A DNA stretch of 64,000 bases from Occultella glacieicola (GCF_004353825.1 NZ_SMNA01000010.1:124001-188000); one strand, 5' to 3'; counted from the first letter of the stretch, positions 48,645 through 59,093 are shown. Program-made: numbers and translations. Notes: a model not told the origin generated them from the letters alone.

Positions 48645-48971
48645 CCGGGCACGTCGTCTGGGCGGAGCTCGATCCGGTGCGCGGCCGGGAGCACGCCGGG
48701 CGCCGACCGACGCTCGTCGTGGCCAGCGATCTGTACTTGGAGCAGGCGGACACGCTCGCGATCGTCCTTCCGGCGACGACGACCGATCGGGGACGGCCCA
48801 GCCATGTACGTCTACGCGGTCCGCGGCGCGGGCTGTCGACGCCGACCTTTGTCATGACGGAGCAACCGCGAACCGTCCCGGGATCGCGTCGTCGGCAACG
48901 TCGGGGCGGTGGACGCCGCGACGATGCGTGAGGTGGACGGCTGGGTGCGGGACTTCTTCGAGTTGCCCTGA
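48637..48971 (+). pseudogene. Frameshifted PemK/MazF toxin
   Basis: VVWAELDPVRGREHAGRRPTLVV...MTEQPRTV; frameshifts near 48640 and 48878; tail RDRVVGNVGAVD...WVRDFF in another frame. Confidence 0.8.
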
Positions 48972-49287
48972 CGGGGCCGAGCAACGGTGGGCCCGAAGGC
49001 TAGCCCGCGGGCGTCGCTTCCTCCTTCGACTCTTCCTCGCCGGCCTTTGGTGCGGCTTCGCCGGTGCGCTCCTTCACGAGCTCCTTGGCCTTCGCTGCCG
49101 CGCTTCTCGGCGCCGCAGGCATGGCGAAGATCGTCGTCTGACGATCCAGACGAAGATCGGGACGATCGCGCGATTGCCGTCTGAGTCTGCCGACTCCTCC
49201 ACGCTCACCTCGGATGCCTCATCCACCTCGGTCTCGAGGTAGGCCTGCAGCGCACAGGTCTCATGGACGCGGTCGATCCGGGGACCT

Positions 49288-51012
49288 TCATCCCGACAGG
49301 ACGGCCCGCGACTCCCACGGGCGCAGCACGACGTCCCCGGAGGCGTCGGGAAGAAGATGGGTCGCCAATAGCACCTGCCCATCGGCGATGCCGAGGTCGG
49401 TGGAAGCTGACGCCGGTGTGCTGGACATGTTCGCGACCACGGTGAGCACCTGCGTCCCGAGGGTGCGCCGGTAGGCGAAGACCTGCTCGTGTTCGGGCAG
49501 CAGCAGCTCGAAGTCGCCGTCGACCACCACGGGCAGGGTGTGGCGCAGCTCGATGAGGCGCCGGTAGTGGTGCAGCACCGAGCCGGGGTCGGCCCATCCG
49601 GTGTCGGCGTTGAGCTGCGGGTAGGCGGGGTTGACCGGGAGCCAGGGCGTGCCGGAGGTGAAGCCGCCCTGCGGGGCGTCGGTCCACGGCATCGGCGTGC
49701 GGGCGTTGTCCCGGCCCATCACCGAGACCGCGGCGAGCACGTGCGCCGGGTCCGCTCCGGCGCGGACGGCCTCCCGGTAGTGGTTGAGGGTCTCGACGTC
49801 CCGGTAGTCCTCGATGCCGGGCCACGAGGTGTTCGTGAGCCCGAGCTCCTCACCCTGGTAGACGAACGGGGTGCCGCGCATCAGGTGCAGCACGGTGCCG
49901 AGGGTCTTCGCGGACGTGACGCGGTGCTCCGGTGCGTCGTCGCCCCACCGGGACACGATCCGCGGCTGGTCGTGGTTGTTCCAGTAGAGCGCGTTCCACC
50001 CATCGCCGAGGCCCTGCTGCCACGCGGCCAGGTTCGCCTTGAGCGCGGGCAGGGACAGTGCCTGGGCATCCCACTTGCCCCCGGGGCCGTGGTCGAGGGA
50101 GACGTGCTCGAACGTGAACACCATGTCGAGCTGGGGTGTGGCGGGGTCCGTGATCGAGCGTGCCAGCGGCAGCGTCACGCCGGGCATCTCCCCGACCGTG
50201 ACGAGCACGTCCCCGGAGCGGGCACCACCCGCGAACACCTCGCGGTGCAGCTCGCCGAGGAACTCCTGCAGCCGGGGACCGTTCGTGTAGTGCGCGGAGC
50301 CGTCCGCGAGCCCGGTACCCGCGAGGGCGGGGGAGTCCGCGCCGTCGGGCAGGGACCCGTCGGCCCGGACCGCCTTGGAGATCAGGTTGATGACGTCGAG
50401 ACGGAAGCCGTCCACGCCGCGGTCGACCCACCAGCGCAGCATCTCGTGGACGGCGGTCCGCACCTGCGGGTTCTCCCAGTTCAGGTCCGGCTGTTTCGCG
50501 GAGAACAGGTGCAGGTAGTACTCACCGGAGGCCTCGTCCCATTCCCACACCGGGCCCGAGAAGAAGCCGTGCCAGTCCGTCGGCTCCGCGCCGGGCGTCC
50601 CGCCGACGTGTCCGGCGCGGGGCGGCCGCCACCAGTACCAGTCCCGCTTCGGCGACTCGCTCGAGGCCCGCGACTGCGCGAACCAGGGGTGCTCGTCGGA
50701 GGTGTGGTTGACCACCACGTCGAGGATGATCCGCATGCCGCGCGCGTGGACGCCGTCGATCAGCTCGTCGAGGTCGGCGAGGGTGCCGAACACCGGGTCC
50801 ACGTCCCGGTAGTCCGAGATGTCGTAGCCGTTGTCGTCCTGGGGTGAGGGGTAGACCGGCGAGAGCCACAGCACGTCGACGCCGAGCCGCTCGAGGTGGT
50901 CCAGGCGGCCGATGAGACCGCGCAGGTCCCCGACGCCGTCGCCGTCGGAGTCCGCGAACGAGCGCGGATACACCTGGTACACCACGGCAGAACGCCACCA
51001 CGGCCCGGTCAC
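49288..51012 (-). CDS. GH13 oligo-1,6-glucosidase/alpha-glucosidase
   Basis: YQVYPRSF, QPDLNW, GFRLDVIN, GEMPG, NNHDQPR; GTGA overlap. Confidence 0.94.
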   Translation of the reverse strand: MTGPWWRSAVVYQVYPRSFADSDGDGVGDLRGLIGRLDHLERLGVDVLWLSPVYPSPQDDNGYDISDYRDVDPVFGTLADLDELIDGVHARGMRIILDVVVNHTSDEHPWFAQSRASSESPKRDWYWWRPPRAGHVGGTPGAEPTDWHGFFSGPVWEWDEASGEYYLHLFSAKQPDLNWENPQVRTAVHEMLRWWVDRGVDGFRLDVINLISKAVRADGSLPDGADSPALAGTGLADGSAHYTNGPRLQEFLGELHREVFAGGARSGDVLVTVGEMPGVTLPLARSITDPATPQLDMVFTFEHVSLDHGPGGKWDAQALSLPALKANLAAWQQGLGDGWNALYWNNHDQPRIVSRWGDDAPEHRVTSAKTLGTVLHLMRGTPFVYQGEELGLTNTSWPGIEDYRDVETLNHYREAVRAGADPAHVLAAVSVMGRDNARTPMPWTDAPQGGFTSGTPWLPVNPAYPQLNADTGWADPGSVLHHYRRLIELRHTLPVVVDGDFELLLPEHEQVFAYRRTLGTQVLTVVANMSSTPASASTDLGIADGQVLLATHLLPDASGDVVLRPWESRAVLSG

Positions 51013-53303
51013 GAGGCCGCCCCTTCGAACACGGGCGCCAGCCGCGGCCACGCCGCCGCGCGCACATACACCGGTACGACGGCGGGGGGAACCTCGCGCG
51101 TGTGGGTCGCCCGGCCGTGGTGTGCTTCGCCCGTCCAGGCGTCGACCCAGTCGCCCGCCGGCAGGTACGTCGCCCAGGTGGCGGCGCCCGGGTCGGTCAC
51201 CGGGTGCACGAGCAGGTCGTCGCCGAGCCCGAACTGCAGCGGCCACCGCCAGATCTCCTCATCGTCGGCGTGGTCGAAGAACAGCCCGCGCATCAGTGGG
51301 CGGCCGGTCTCGATGGCGACCCGGGCCTGCGCGGTCAGGTACGGCACCAGGCGCTCGCGCAGGTGCGCGAGCCGCCGGAACTCCTCGACCACCTCGGGGT
51401 CGCCGTTCACCTCGGCCACGTACCAGGGGGTGCGGTCCCGCATCGGCCGGCGATGGTGGTTGAACTCCGAGTGGTACTGCATGATCGGCATGAACGCCGA
51501 CGCGGCGGCGGCCCGCAGGTACAGCTCGGCATCGGGCGGGGGACCGGAGAACCCGGCCAGGTCCCAGCCCCAGTAGACGATCCCGCAGGCCGAGGCGGTG
51601 ATCCCGGCCGTGACCGACGCCCGGAACGCCTCCCAGGTGGAGTCCTCGTCACCGGCCCAGTGGATGCCGTGCGCCTGGGAGCCGGTGAACCCGGCCCGCG
51701 AGAACGTGACCGGCGCCTTGCCGTGCCGGCGCAGCAGGTCACCGAACGCCCGCGCGTAGTGCACCGGGTACCGGTTGTTCCCCTCGTCGCCGCGGGTGCC
51801 GTCGCCGTACCGGAGGTCGTGGCCCCAGGCGTGCTCGCCGCCGTCGGTCTTGAAGCCGTCCACGTCGAGGTCGGCGAGCAGGTAGTCGCGCTTCGCGGTC
51901 CACCACTCGCGGGTGTGCTGCGTGGACAGGTCCGGCATGAGCGACTGCGGGAACCACCATCCGCGGTTGTGGTACGGGGTGCCGTCCGCCTCGAGGACGG
52001 CGTGGCCGCCGTCGATCAGGGCCCGCCCGTCCGCGTACACCTGGGCGTCCGCGGGGACGTCGGGGCCGAGGTCGTGGCTCGTCTTCAGCAGCGGGATCTG
52101 CCACAGGATCACCTTGACGCCGCGCTCATGGAGCTCGGCGACCATGGCCCTCGGGTCCGGCCAGGCGCCGCCGGCCGGGTAGCCGATCTCGGCGCCGGTG
52201 TGGGGTGCACCGTCGGGGTGCAGCGGGTAGGTGGCGTCGCGGAACAGCATGATGCCCTGCTCGTCGCTCCACGCCTCGATCACCACCACGCCGACCGGGA
52301 TGTCCAGGCTCGCGTGGGTGTCCATCCGGTCCATCACGAGGTCCCGGGTGTTCCACTCGTTCCCGGACGCCCAGAGCCGGAACACCCAGTCGGGCAGCTC
52401 CTGCGCACGGCCCACCTCGGCGGTGAAAGCGGCGACGACGGCGGCCGGGTCACCGGTGTAGACGCCGACGTCGAGGTGCTCGTGCGGCTCGCCGCCGAGG
52501 TCGACCTCGATCACGAGGGCGTCCGGTGTGGAGGCGCCCACGTCGAACCAGGACCGCCGCGAGGTGCGCAGGTGGAAGCCCCACGAGTCCGAGGGTGAGA
52601 CGACGTGGGCGAACGGCATCGGCAGGTAGGTGCGTCCGGCCGCGGCCTGGCCCTTGTACTGCTCGAACACGACGGCGTCCAGGGTGCGGCCGCGCTGGTC
52701 GACGGCGTCGAACCGCTCCCCGAACCCGACCACGTGCTCGTCCGGCTCCAGGGCGAGCGCGAACCGGACCCGGTGCACGCCGGTCTCGTCGCGCAGCCAC
52801 TGCACCGACCCGGGCAGGAGCCGATCGGCGCCTGCGCCGCTGGCACGGCCACCACCAGTGCCGTTGCCGCCGCCGGAGAACGTGAGGTCACCGGCGCCGG
52901 TCACCCAGGTGACCGGCTGCAGGTCGAACCAGTCGCTCTCCTCGGACGCTCCGCCGTCGGCCTCCGCCCGGAACCGGTACCGCACCGGACCGGTGACGGG
53001 CGGGCTGACGACCGACCACGCACCGTCGTCGTCGAGCGCCGCCGCCTGGGCGGCGGCGAGGTGACCCTCGCCGCCGGCGAGGGCGGCGGCAGCGCCCGCG
53101 TCCACCACCGCGGGGGTGAGCGGCAGGGAGAGGGGCGGTGCGCCGTCGGGCCTCCACTCGCAGACGACCGCCCGCACCTCGGGCGCGGCGATGACGCCGA
53201 GGCGGACCGGCTCGCCCATCTCGGGCCGGACCGGGACGCGCTGGTCGGCCGAGGTGGCGTACGGGTGCTCGATGCCGAACGGGCGGTGGGTGAGCAGGGT
53301 CAT
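51009..53303 (-). CDS. GH31 glycoside hydrolase, probable 1,3-alpha-isomaltosidase (cycloalternan-degrading enzyme)
   Basis: GFGERF, WASGNEW, IEAWSDE, DGFKTDGGEH nucleophile region, WAGD, WGWDLAGF. Confidence 0.85.
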   Translation of the reverse strand: MTLLTHRPFGIEHPYATSADQRVPVRPEMGEPVRLGVIAAPEVRAVVCEWRPDGAPPLSLPLTPAVVDAGAAAALAGGEGHLAAAQAAALDDDGAWSVVSPPVTGPVRYRFRAEADGGASEESDWFDLQPVTWVTGAGDLTFSGGGNGTGGGRASGAGADRLLPGSVQWLRDETGVHRVRFALALEPDEHVVGFGERFDAVDQRGRTLDAVVFEQYKGQAAAGRTYLPMPFAHVVSPSDSWGFHLRTSRRSWFDVGASTPDALVIEVDLGGEPHEHLDVGVYTGDPAAVVAAFTAEVGRAQELPDWVFRLWASGNEWNTRDLVMDRMDTHASLDIPVGVVVIEAWSDEQGIMLFRDATYPLHPDGAPHTGAEIGYPAGGAWPDPRAMVAELHERGVKVILWQIPLLKTSHDLGPDVPADAQVYADGRALIDGGHAVLEADGTPYHNRGWWFPQSLMPDLSTQHTREWWTAKRDYLLADLDVDGFKTDGGEHAWGHDLRYGDGTRGDEGNNRYPVHYARAFGDLLRRHGKAPVTFSRAGFTGSQAHGIHWAGDEDSTWEAFRASVTAGITASACGIVYWGWDLAGFSGPPPDAELYLRAAAASAFMPIMQYHSEFNHHRRPMRDRTPWYVAEVNGDPEVVEEFRRLAHLRERLVPYLTAQARVAIETGRPLMRGLFFDHADDEEIWRWPLQFGLGDDLLVHPVTDPGAATWATYLPAGDWVDAWTGEAHHGRATHTREVPPAVVPVYVRAAAWPRLAPVFEGAAS

Positions 53304-53340
53304 GACTCTCCTGTGCTGGGGCGGGACGGTGCGAGACGGA

Positions 53341-54615
53341 TCAGAGCAGCGCGGTGACGCGTTCCTGGGCGCTGGTGAGTGCCTCCTCGACGCTCTTGCG
53401 GCCGGCGGCGGCCTCGGTGAGCTCCTCGGTGACGATGTCCTGCATCTCGGTCTGGCTCTCGATGGCCGGGGGCAGCACGATCGCGTCGAGGGAGTCGAAC
53501 ACGGCCTGCCGGTTCGTCGGGGGCGTCTGCTCGAGGTACGGGGCGAGCAGGGACTCGTCGGCCACCGGCGGCAGCTCCCACCCGGTGTCCAGGCGCATCT
53601 GGACCATCGCCTCGGAGGAGGTGAGGTACTCCGCCCACGCCTGCGCCGCGTCGGTGTTCGCCGACCGTGCGGAGACCACCGCCGTGTTGGAGAACATCGC
53701 CGACGCGTTCTCGGTGTTGCCGGGCTCGACCGCGATGTCCCAGGCGAAGTCGACGTCGGCGAGCGGGCCGAACATCCAGATGCCGGTGTGCCACATCGCG
53801 AGCTGGCCGGAGGTGAACAGGTTCGTGTCGAAGTCGGGGGTCCCGGCGCCGTCGGCGGTCGTCGGCATCACCGTCCCGGACTTCTCGACGAGCCACTCGG
53901 CGGCCTCGATGCCCTCGGGCGAGGCGAACGTGGCCTCCGTGCGGTCCTCGCTGAGGAACTCGCCGCCGTTCTGGGCGAGGACCTTGTAGAACTCGTGGAA
54001 GGAGATCGGCTGGTAGTCGCCCCAGGTGCCGGTGGCGGTGTCGGTGAGGGCCTCGGCGGCGGCGCGCTCGTCCGCCCAGGTCCAGTCCGCGGTCGGCGGC
54101 TCCACCCCGGCGGCCTCGAACAGGTCGGCGTTGTAGAACAGCACCACGTTCGAGAACGACTCGGGCAGCCCGTACTGGGTGCCGTCCAGCTGGAACGCCT
54201 CGAGCAGCGACGGCTTGTACGCGGCCTCGTCGACGCCCTCGAGCGGGGCGAGGGAGCCGTTGAGGGCGTAGGTGACGAAGTTCTCGTAGTTCAGCTCGAA
54301 CACGTCCGCCTCGGTGCCGCCGGCGACGGCGGTCTGCAGCACGGTGAAGTAGTCGTCGTAGGGGAAGGTCTCGACCTCGACCGTGATGCCGGGGTTGTCC
54401 GCCTCGAAGGCGTCGACCACGAGCGCGAGGTTCTCCTCGTTGCCCCCGTTGGAGGAGAAGTTCATGTACGTGAGGGTCGTCTGGCCGTCCCCGGAGCCCT
54501 CGGCGTCGGTGGGGTCGTCGTTGCTGGCCGAGCCCTGCGAGCAGGCGGTCACGGCGAGGGCGACCACGGCGCTGGTGGCCAGGAGCCGAGCGGCTCGGCG
54601 GCGGTGCGGAGTCAT
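53341..54615 (-). CDS. Sugar ABC transporter substrate-binding lipoprotein
   Basis: Lipobox VTAC, YGLP, FYNADLF, WTW. Confidence 0.92.
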   Translation of the reverse strand: MTPHRRRAARLLATSAVVALAVTACSQGSASNDDPTDAEGSGDGQTTLTYMNFSSNGGNEENLALVVDAFEADNPGITVEVETFPYDDYFTVLQTAVAGGTEADVFELNYENFVTYALNGSLAPLEGVDEAAYKPSLLEAFQLDGTQYGLPESFSNVVLFYNADLFEAAGVEPPTADWTWADERAAAEALTDTATGTWGDYQPISFHEFYKVLAQNGGEFLSEDRTEATFASPEGIEAAEWLVEKSGTVMPTTADGAGTPDFDTNLFTSGQLAMWHTGIWMFGPLADVDFAWDIAVEPGNTENASAMFSNTAVVSARSANTDAAQAWAEYLTSSEAMVQMRLDTGWELPPVADESLLAPYLEQTPPTNRQAVFDSLDAIVLPPAIESQTEMQDIVTEELTEAAAGRKSVEEALTSAQERVTALL

Positions 54616-54662
54616 GGTGGGACCTTTCGGTGGGGCGGCGACGTCGCCGCGGATGGGTGGGG

Positions 54663-55520
54663 TTACTTGAGGCCGCTGTGGGCGAAGCCGGCGATGATGT
54701 AGCGCTGGGCGAAGATGTAGACGATCGCGATGGGCAGGACCGAGACGACCGATCCCGCCATCACGACGTTCCACTGGGTGGTGAACTGGCCCTGGAGCGT
54801 GGCCAGGCCGAGCGGGAGCGTCATCAGCTCGGGGGAGCGGATGACCACGAGCGGCCACAGGTAGCTGTTCCAGCTCCCCATGAACGCGAACACCGCCACC
54901 GTGGCCAGGGCCGGCCGGGTGAGCGGAAGCACGACCTGCGCGAAGATGCGCAGGTGATGGGCGCCGTCGAGGGTGGCGGCCTCGTCCAGCTCGCGCGGCA
55001 CGCTCTCCATCGACTGCTTCAGCAAGAAGATCCCGAACGCCGACGCGATCGACGGCGCGAGCAGGGCGAAGTAGGTGTCGGAGAGCTGCGCCCGGGTCAT
55101 CTGGATGAACAGCGGGACCACCAGCACCTGCAGCGGCACCATGAGGGTCGCGAGGTACACCGCGAACACCGCCTGGCGGCCGGGGAACGCGATCCGGGTG
55201 AACGCGTACGCGGCCATCGCGCCGGTGATGAGCTGGAACAGGGTCGAGGCGATCGCGATCCAGAACGAGTTGGCCACGATGCGCCACATCGGCATCGCGT
55301 CGAACAGCTGCCGGTAGGCGTCCAGGGTGGGGTCCTCGACGAGCAGCGTGGGGCCGCTCGCCAGCGTGCCGTCGGGGGTGATCGACGTGATCACCGTCCA
55401 CAGGAACGGGAACAGCATGACGGCGGCGCCGAGCGTGAGGGCGAGCGCCCAGAACAGCTTCGGGAGGGCCCGACGGCGGCCGGTCCGGCTCTCGGGGCGG
55501 GTGGCGGTGAGCTCAGGCAT
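54663..55520 (-). CDS. Carbohydrate ABC transporter permease (MalG-like)
   Basis: PRELDEAATLDGA, WNSYLWPL. Confidence 0.93.
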   Translation of the reverse strand: MPELTATRPESRTGRRRALPKLFWALALTLGAAVMLFPFLWTVITSITPDGTLASGPTLLVEDPTLDAYRQLFDAMPMWRIVANSFWIAIASTLFQLITGAMAAYAFTRIAFPGRQAVFAVYLATLMVPLQVLVVPLFIQMTRAQLSDTYFALLAPSIASAFGIFLLKQSMESVPRELDEAATLDGAHHLRIFAQVVLPLTRPALATVAVFAFMGSWNSYLWPLVVIRSPELMTLPLGLATLQGQFTTQWNVVMAGSVVSVLPIAIVYIFAQRYIIAGFAHSGLK

Positions 55521-56466
55521 AGGTCACCCACCGGCGCTGGCCGCGGATCTGGATCGCGGTGATGACGAGCACGAGGGCGAACAGCAGCCAGGACAGGGCG
55601 GAGGCGTCACCCGCGCGTCCGTACCGGAAGGTGAGGTCGTAGATCTGCCCGACCACGACCTGGGTCGCGCCGGCCGGGCCGCCGTCGGTCATGACGTTCA
55701 CCTGGTCGAACACCTGGAAGCCGTTGATCAGGGAGATCACGACGACGAAGAACGTCGAGGGTGAGAGCAGCGGCAAGGTGATGTGCCAGAACCGGCGCCA
55801 GGCGCCGGCGCCGTCGACGCGTGCGGCCTCGAGCACCTCCTGCGGGAGGGCCTGCAGCCCGGCGAGCAGGATGACCATGACGAAGCCGAGGTCCTTCCAG
55901 ACCGAGGCCAGGATGATCGACGGCATCGCCCAGGTGGGGTCGGTCCACCAGCCGGGCTCCGGTAGCCCGATGGCGCCGAGCACCGTGTTGACGAGGCCGT
56001 TGGACGGGCTGAGCAGCCACTGCCAGACGAGGGCCACCACCACCCAGCTCGTCACCACGGGCAGGAAGTACGCACCGCGCAGGAACGCGATGCCGGCCAT
56101 CGCCCGGTTCAGCGCGAGGGCCAGGCCGAGGCCGCCGATGTAGACCAGCGGGAGGTAGCCGAGGATGTAGGTCGCGGTGTTGGCGAACACGTCCCAGGTG
56201 CGCGGGTCCGCGAGGAGCTCGCGGTAGTTCTCCAGGCCCACCCACTCCATCGGCGAGATGAGGTTCCAGTCGTGCAGGCTCACCCAGGCCGAGGAGATCA
56301 TCGGCACGAGGGTGAACGCGGTGAGTGGGATCGCGCTGGGGAGCAGGAACAGCAGCGCCCAGCCGAGGGTGCGCCAACCACGCCGTCGGGTGTTCGTGCG
56401 CTTCGGACTCGCGGCCCTGGGATCGGAGCGGGGTCGGCTCGCCACGGGTGCCGGTGCGGTGCTCAT
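55513..56466 (-). CDS. Carbohydrate ABC transporter permease (MalF-like)
   Basis: VGLENY, EAARVDGA, FQVFD, GGP. Confidence 0.93.
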   Translation of the reverse strand: MSTAPAPVASRPRSDPRAASPKRTNTRRRGWRTLGWALLFLLPSAIPLTAFTLVPMISSAWVSLHDWNLISPMEWVGLENYRELLADPRTWDVFANTATYILGYLPLVYIGGLGLALALNRAMAGIAFLRGAYFLPVVTSWVVVALVWQWLLSPSNGLVNTVLGAIGLPEPGWWTDPTWAMPSIILASVWKDLGFVMVILLAGLQALPQEVLEAARVDGAGAWRRFWHITLPLLSPSTFFVVVISLINGFQVFDQVNVMTDGGPAGATQVVVGQIYDLTFRYGRAGDASALSWLLFALVLVITAIQIRGQRRWVTYA

Positions 56467-57686
56467 CGCATCGCCGCCGCACTGCCGGTGTGCAGGCGGG
56501 CCCGGATGAGCCGGCCCTGGTCGCCGCTTGCGCCGGCCGCGTCGAACGGGGTGTGCAGCACCAGCGCCGCGGCCCCGGCGGCCCAGCGTTCGTCCGACCA
56601 GGACTCGACGGCGAACGGGAGGCTGCGGCGGCTCGGCAGCAGGTGCCGGCGGAACGCCCGCTCGAACGACTCCTCCCAGTGCGGCCAGCAGTCCGTGCCC
56701 TCGCCGAGCAGGACCACGATCTCGGGGGCCACGGTGTGCACCACCCCGGCGAGCGTGCGCCCGAGCAGGGCGCCGGCGTCGGCGAACACGACTCGGGCGG
56801 CGGCGTCACCGTCGTCCGCGGCCTTACGCAGGGCTGCCTTGCCGCTGCGTGGCCCGATGGCCCCGGCGGCCTGCGCCGCGCGCACGAGGGCTTCATCGCC
56901 GATGAAGGCCTCCAGGCAGCCGGTGTTGCCGCACCCGCAGACCGGGCCGTCCGCCGCCACCGGGAAGTGGCCGATCTCGCCGGCGCCGCCGTCGGTGCCG
57001 CGGTGCAGGTTTCCGTCCACCACGATGCCGCAGCCGATGCCCCGGCCGATCGTCACGATGAGCGCCGAGTCGTGGGCGCTGGCGGTGCCGTAGAGGCGTT
57101 CGGCCACGGCGAGGGTGTTCACGTCGTTGTCGACCAGGACCGGCAGGTCGAGTGCGCGGCGCAGGAAGGTGCCGACCGGGACCTCGCGCCAGCCCAGGGT
57201 GGGTGCCTGCACCACGCCACTGGCCTGGTCGTCCACGGTGCCGGGCACACCGACGCCGATGCCGAGGAGCAGGCCGTCATAGCGGTCGATCGACGCCGCG
57301 AGCAGGCGGGCCAGCACGTCCAGCGCGTCGGGGCTGGAGGGGTCGAACGGTTCGTTGAGGATGTCCCGGACCGCGCCGTCGAGACCGACCTGGACCGTCG
57401 TCACGTGGTCCGCGGTCACCTTCGCGCCGATCGCGCCGACCCCGGCGCCGTCCACCAGCCCGAGCAACTGCGCCGGCCGCCCGCCGCCGGAGGGCACCAC
57501 GTCGAGTTCGGTGATCACGCCGAGACTCAGCAGCGACTTGGTGACCTGGGTGATGGTCGCCGGGCTGACCCGCAGGGCGCGGGCGAGCTGGGCCCGGGAC
57601 ATCGGCCCCTTGGCACCCAGCGCGGCAATGACACTCGCCGGCCCGAGCTCTCCCCGGTCCGGCAGTGACGTCCGTGTCCCAGTCAT
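56463..57686 (-). CDS. ROK family transcriptional regulator
   Basis: N-terminal HTH SRAQLA, DNDVN, GEIGH, CGCGNTGCLE. Confidence 0.94.
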   Translation of the reverse strand: MTGTRTSLPDRGELGPASVIAALGAKGPMSRAQLARALRVSPATITQVTKSLLSLGVITELDVVPSGGGRPAQLLGLVDGAGVGAIGAKVTADHVTTVQVGLDGAVRDILNEPFDPSSPDALDVLARLLAASIDRYDGLLLGIGVGVPGTVDDQASGVVQAPTLGWREVPVGTFLRRALDLPVLVDNDVNTLAVAERLYGTASAHDSALIVTIGRGIGCGIVVDGNLHRGTDGGAGEIGHFPVAADGPVCGCGNTGCLEAFIGDEALVRAAQAAGAIGPRSGKAALRKAADDGDAAARVVFADAGALLGRTLAGVVHTVAPEIVVLLGEGTDCWPHWEESFERAFRRHLLPSRRSLPFAVESWSDERWAAGAAALVLHTPFDAAGASGDQGRLIRARLHTGSAAAMR

Positions 57687-57705
57687 GACACCTCTTCGTT
57701 CGCGA

Positions 57706-57749
57706 CTTAATTTAGCCACATATTAAGAGGACGGATCGACCTACGTCAA
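57706..57749 (-). promoter_or_regulatory. Promoter TTGACG-N18-TAATAT overlapped by CTTAAT-N10-ATTAAG, probable ROK operator
   Basis: AT-rich palindrome at 57706-57727 just upstream of the ROK operon. Confidence 0.7.
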
Positions 57750-57886
57750 CGGCTGTCACTCGTGAGACGCGAGCTGGGTTGAGCCCGTGCTCCTGGTCAC
57801 GCGGCCCGTCCTGACCGTCGGCGATCCGCACGGCTCGCGCCGACGCGACTCCGTTCGTGCGCCGGCACCATTCGTAGGATGAGCCC

Positions 57887-58282
57887 GTGGCCGCACGCAC
57901 CCCGTCCGTTCGGACGCGCAGAGTGATCCAGGCCGTGTGGATCGTCGGGTTCGTCTTCGGCACGAGCACCCACGTCGTCGACCTGGTGGTCAGCGGAATG
58001 GATGTCTACGCGGGCTTTCCCACGGGGGTCCGCCTGTTCTGGACCTCGCTGACGGTGCTGGATGCCGCCACGGTCGCGCTGATCGCGGTGCGACGGCGCG
58101 CAGGTGTGATTCTCGGGGTCGCCGTGATCCTCACCGACATCGCCGTGAACTGGACCATGTTCGCCACGCGTGGCGGCTTGGCGCCCTTCGGTGTGGTCAA
58201 CCAGGCGCTGTTCGCCGTGTTCATCCTGGGCACCATGCGCGTCCTCTGGACGTGGTTCGAGCGGCCACCGCCCGCCGAGTGA
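57887..58282 (+). CDS. Hypothetical four-TM membrane protein
   Basis: GTSTH, FWTSLTVLD; hydrophobic segments. Confidence 0.75.
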   Translation: MAARTPSVRTRRVIQAVWIVGFVFGTSTHVVDLVVSGMDVYAGFPTGVRLFWTSLTVLDAATVALIAVRRRAGVILGVAVILTDIAVNWTMFATRGGLAPFGVVNQALFAVFILGTMRVLWTWFERPPPAE

Positions 58283-58385
58283 CGCCGGCACGGTCGCCGT
58301 GTTGGTCCGAGGCTTGCCTCTACGATCTCGAGGACGGCCTATTCGGCCGGTGCAGGGCCGCGAGGCGTGAACGAGATGGAGCGAG

Positions 58386-59093
58386 ATGAGCGACAGACAG
58401 CTGGTATTTCGAGACTCGCAAGGACACCAGCGCTCGTTCACGATGGGCGATCGCGACCACCTGAAGTTCTCCAAGGCGTTCGACACCTTCCTCAGGAAGC
58501 ATGTGAGCGAAGAGAACTCGACCTTTCGTCTGGAACGCGTGCTCACCGACGAGGTGATGGTCATCGAGACGTCGCTCGGCATCATCGGTCGCGTGCGAAA
58601 CGGTGACAGTCCCGAGGCCACCTACCGCCGCTACGAGCGGCGCACCGACGGCGCCGAGCTGCAGTTGCGCTTCGCCTTCCGCGGTTACGAGGCTCTCGAC
58701 GCGCACGGCCCGTGGGTATCGGATCGCGAGACGCTGCTTCCGGACGACTCGTTCGAGAATCTCGAGCTCGCCTGGGCGCGGGAGTTGGACAGGCGCGAGC
58801 AGCGACGCCGGGAGATCGCCGCGATGCCGAAGCTCGACAAGAAGGCGCTGAATCAGTTCTGCAGGGCCTGGGCGGACACTGGCTACAACGAGTACGTGAG
58901 CGACTCCGAGGTGTACTACGTGCTGTTCGACGGCCGAACGCTCGACGAGGCGGGCGCGGCCCGGGACGAGCTGCTGACGGCGATCGAGACTCTGGGCCTG
59001 GCCCTCGTCGAGCCGCAGGCAGGCGCCCCCGCCGGTGAGGTGTGGGTGCGCTCCGATCCGCGTGTCGATCTTGAGCTCGAGAAGTGGGCCTGA
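58386..59093 (+). CDS. Hypothetical protein
   Basis: GGAG RBS, 235-aa ORF with protein-like composition; no motif recognised. Confidence 0.7.
   Translation: MSDRQLVFRDSQGHQRSFTMGDRDHLKFSKAFDTFLRKHVSEENSTFRLERVLTDEVMVIETSLGIIGRVRNGDSPEATYRRYERRTDGAELQLRFAFRGYEALDAHGPWVSDRETLLPDDSFENLELAWARELDRREQRRREIAAMPKLDKKALNQFCRAWADTGYNEYVSDSEVYYVLFDGRTLDEAGAARDELLTAIETLGLALVEPQAGAPAGEVWVRSDPRVDLELEKWA

Noticed and set aside
49000..49250. Minus-strand fragment IVPIFVWIV / AKAKELVKERTGE
   Set aside because: Split across frames with no start; too short to assign
53341..55401. 686-aa ORF suggesting a permease/binding-protein fusion
   Set aside because: The upstream part is an alternate frame of the permease; the lipoprotein starts at 54615
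53341..56466. Sugar ABC operon lacking an ATPase as an anomaly
   Set aside because: Normal in actinobacteria, which share an MsiK-type ATPase
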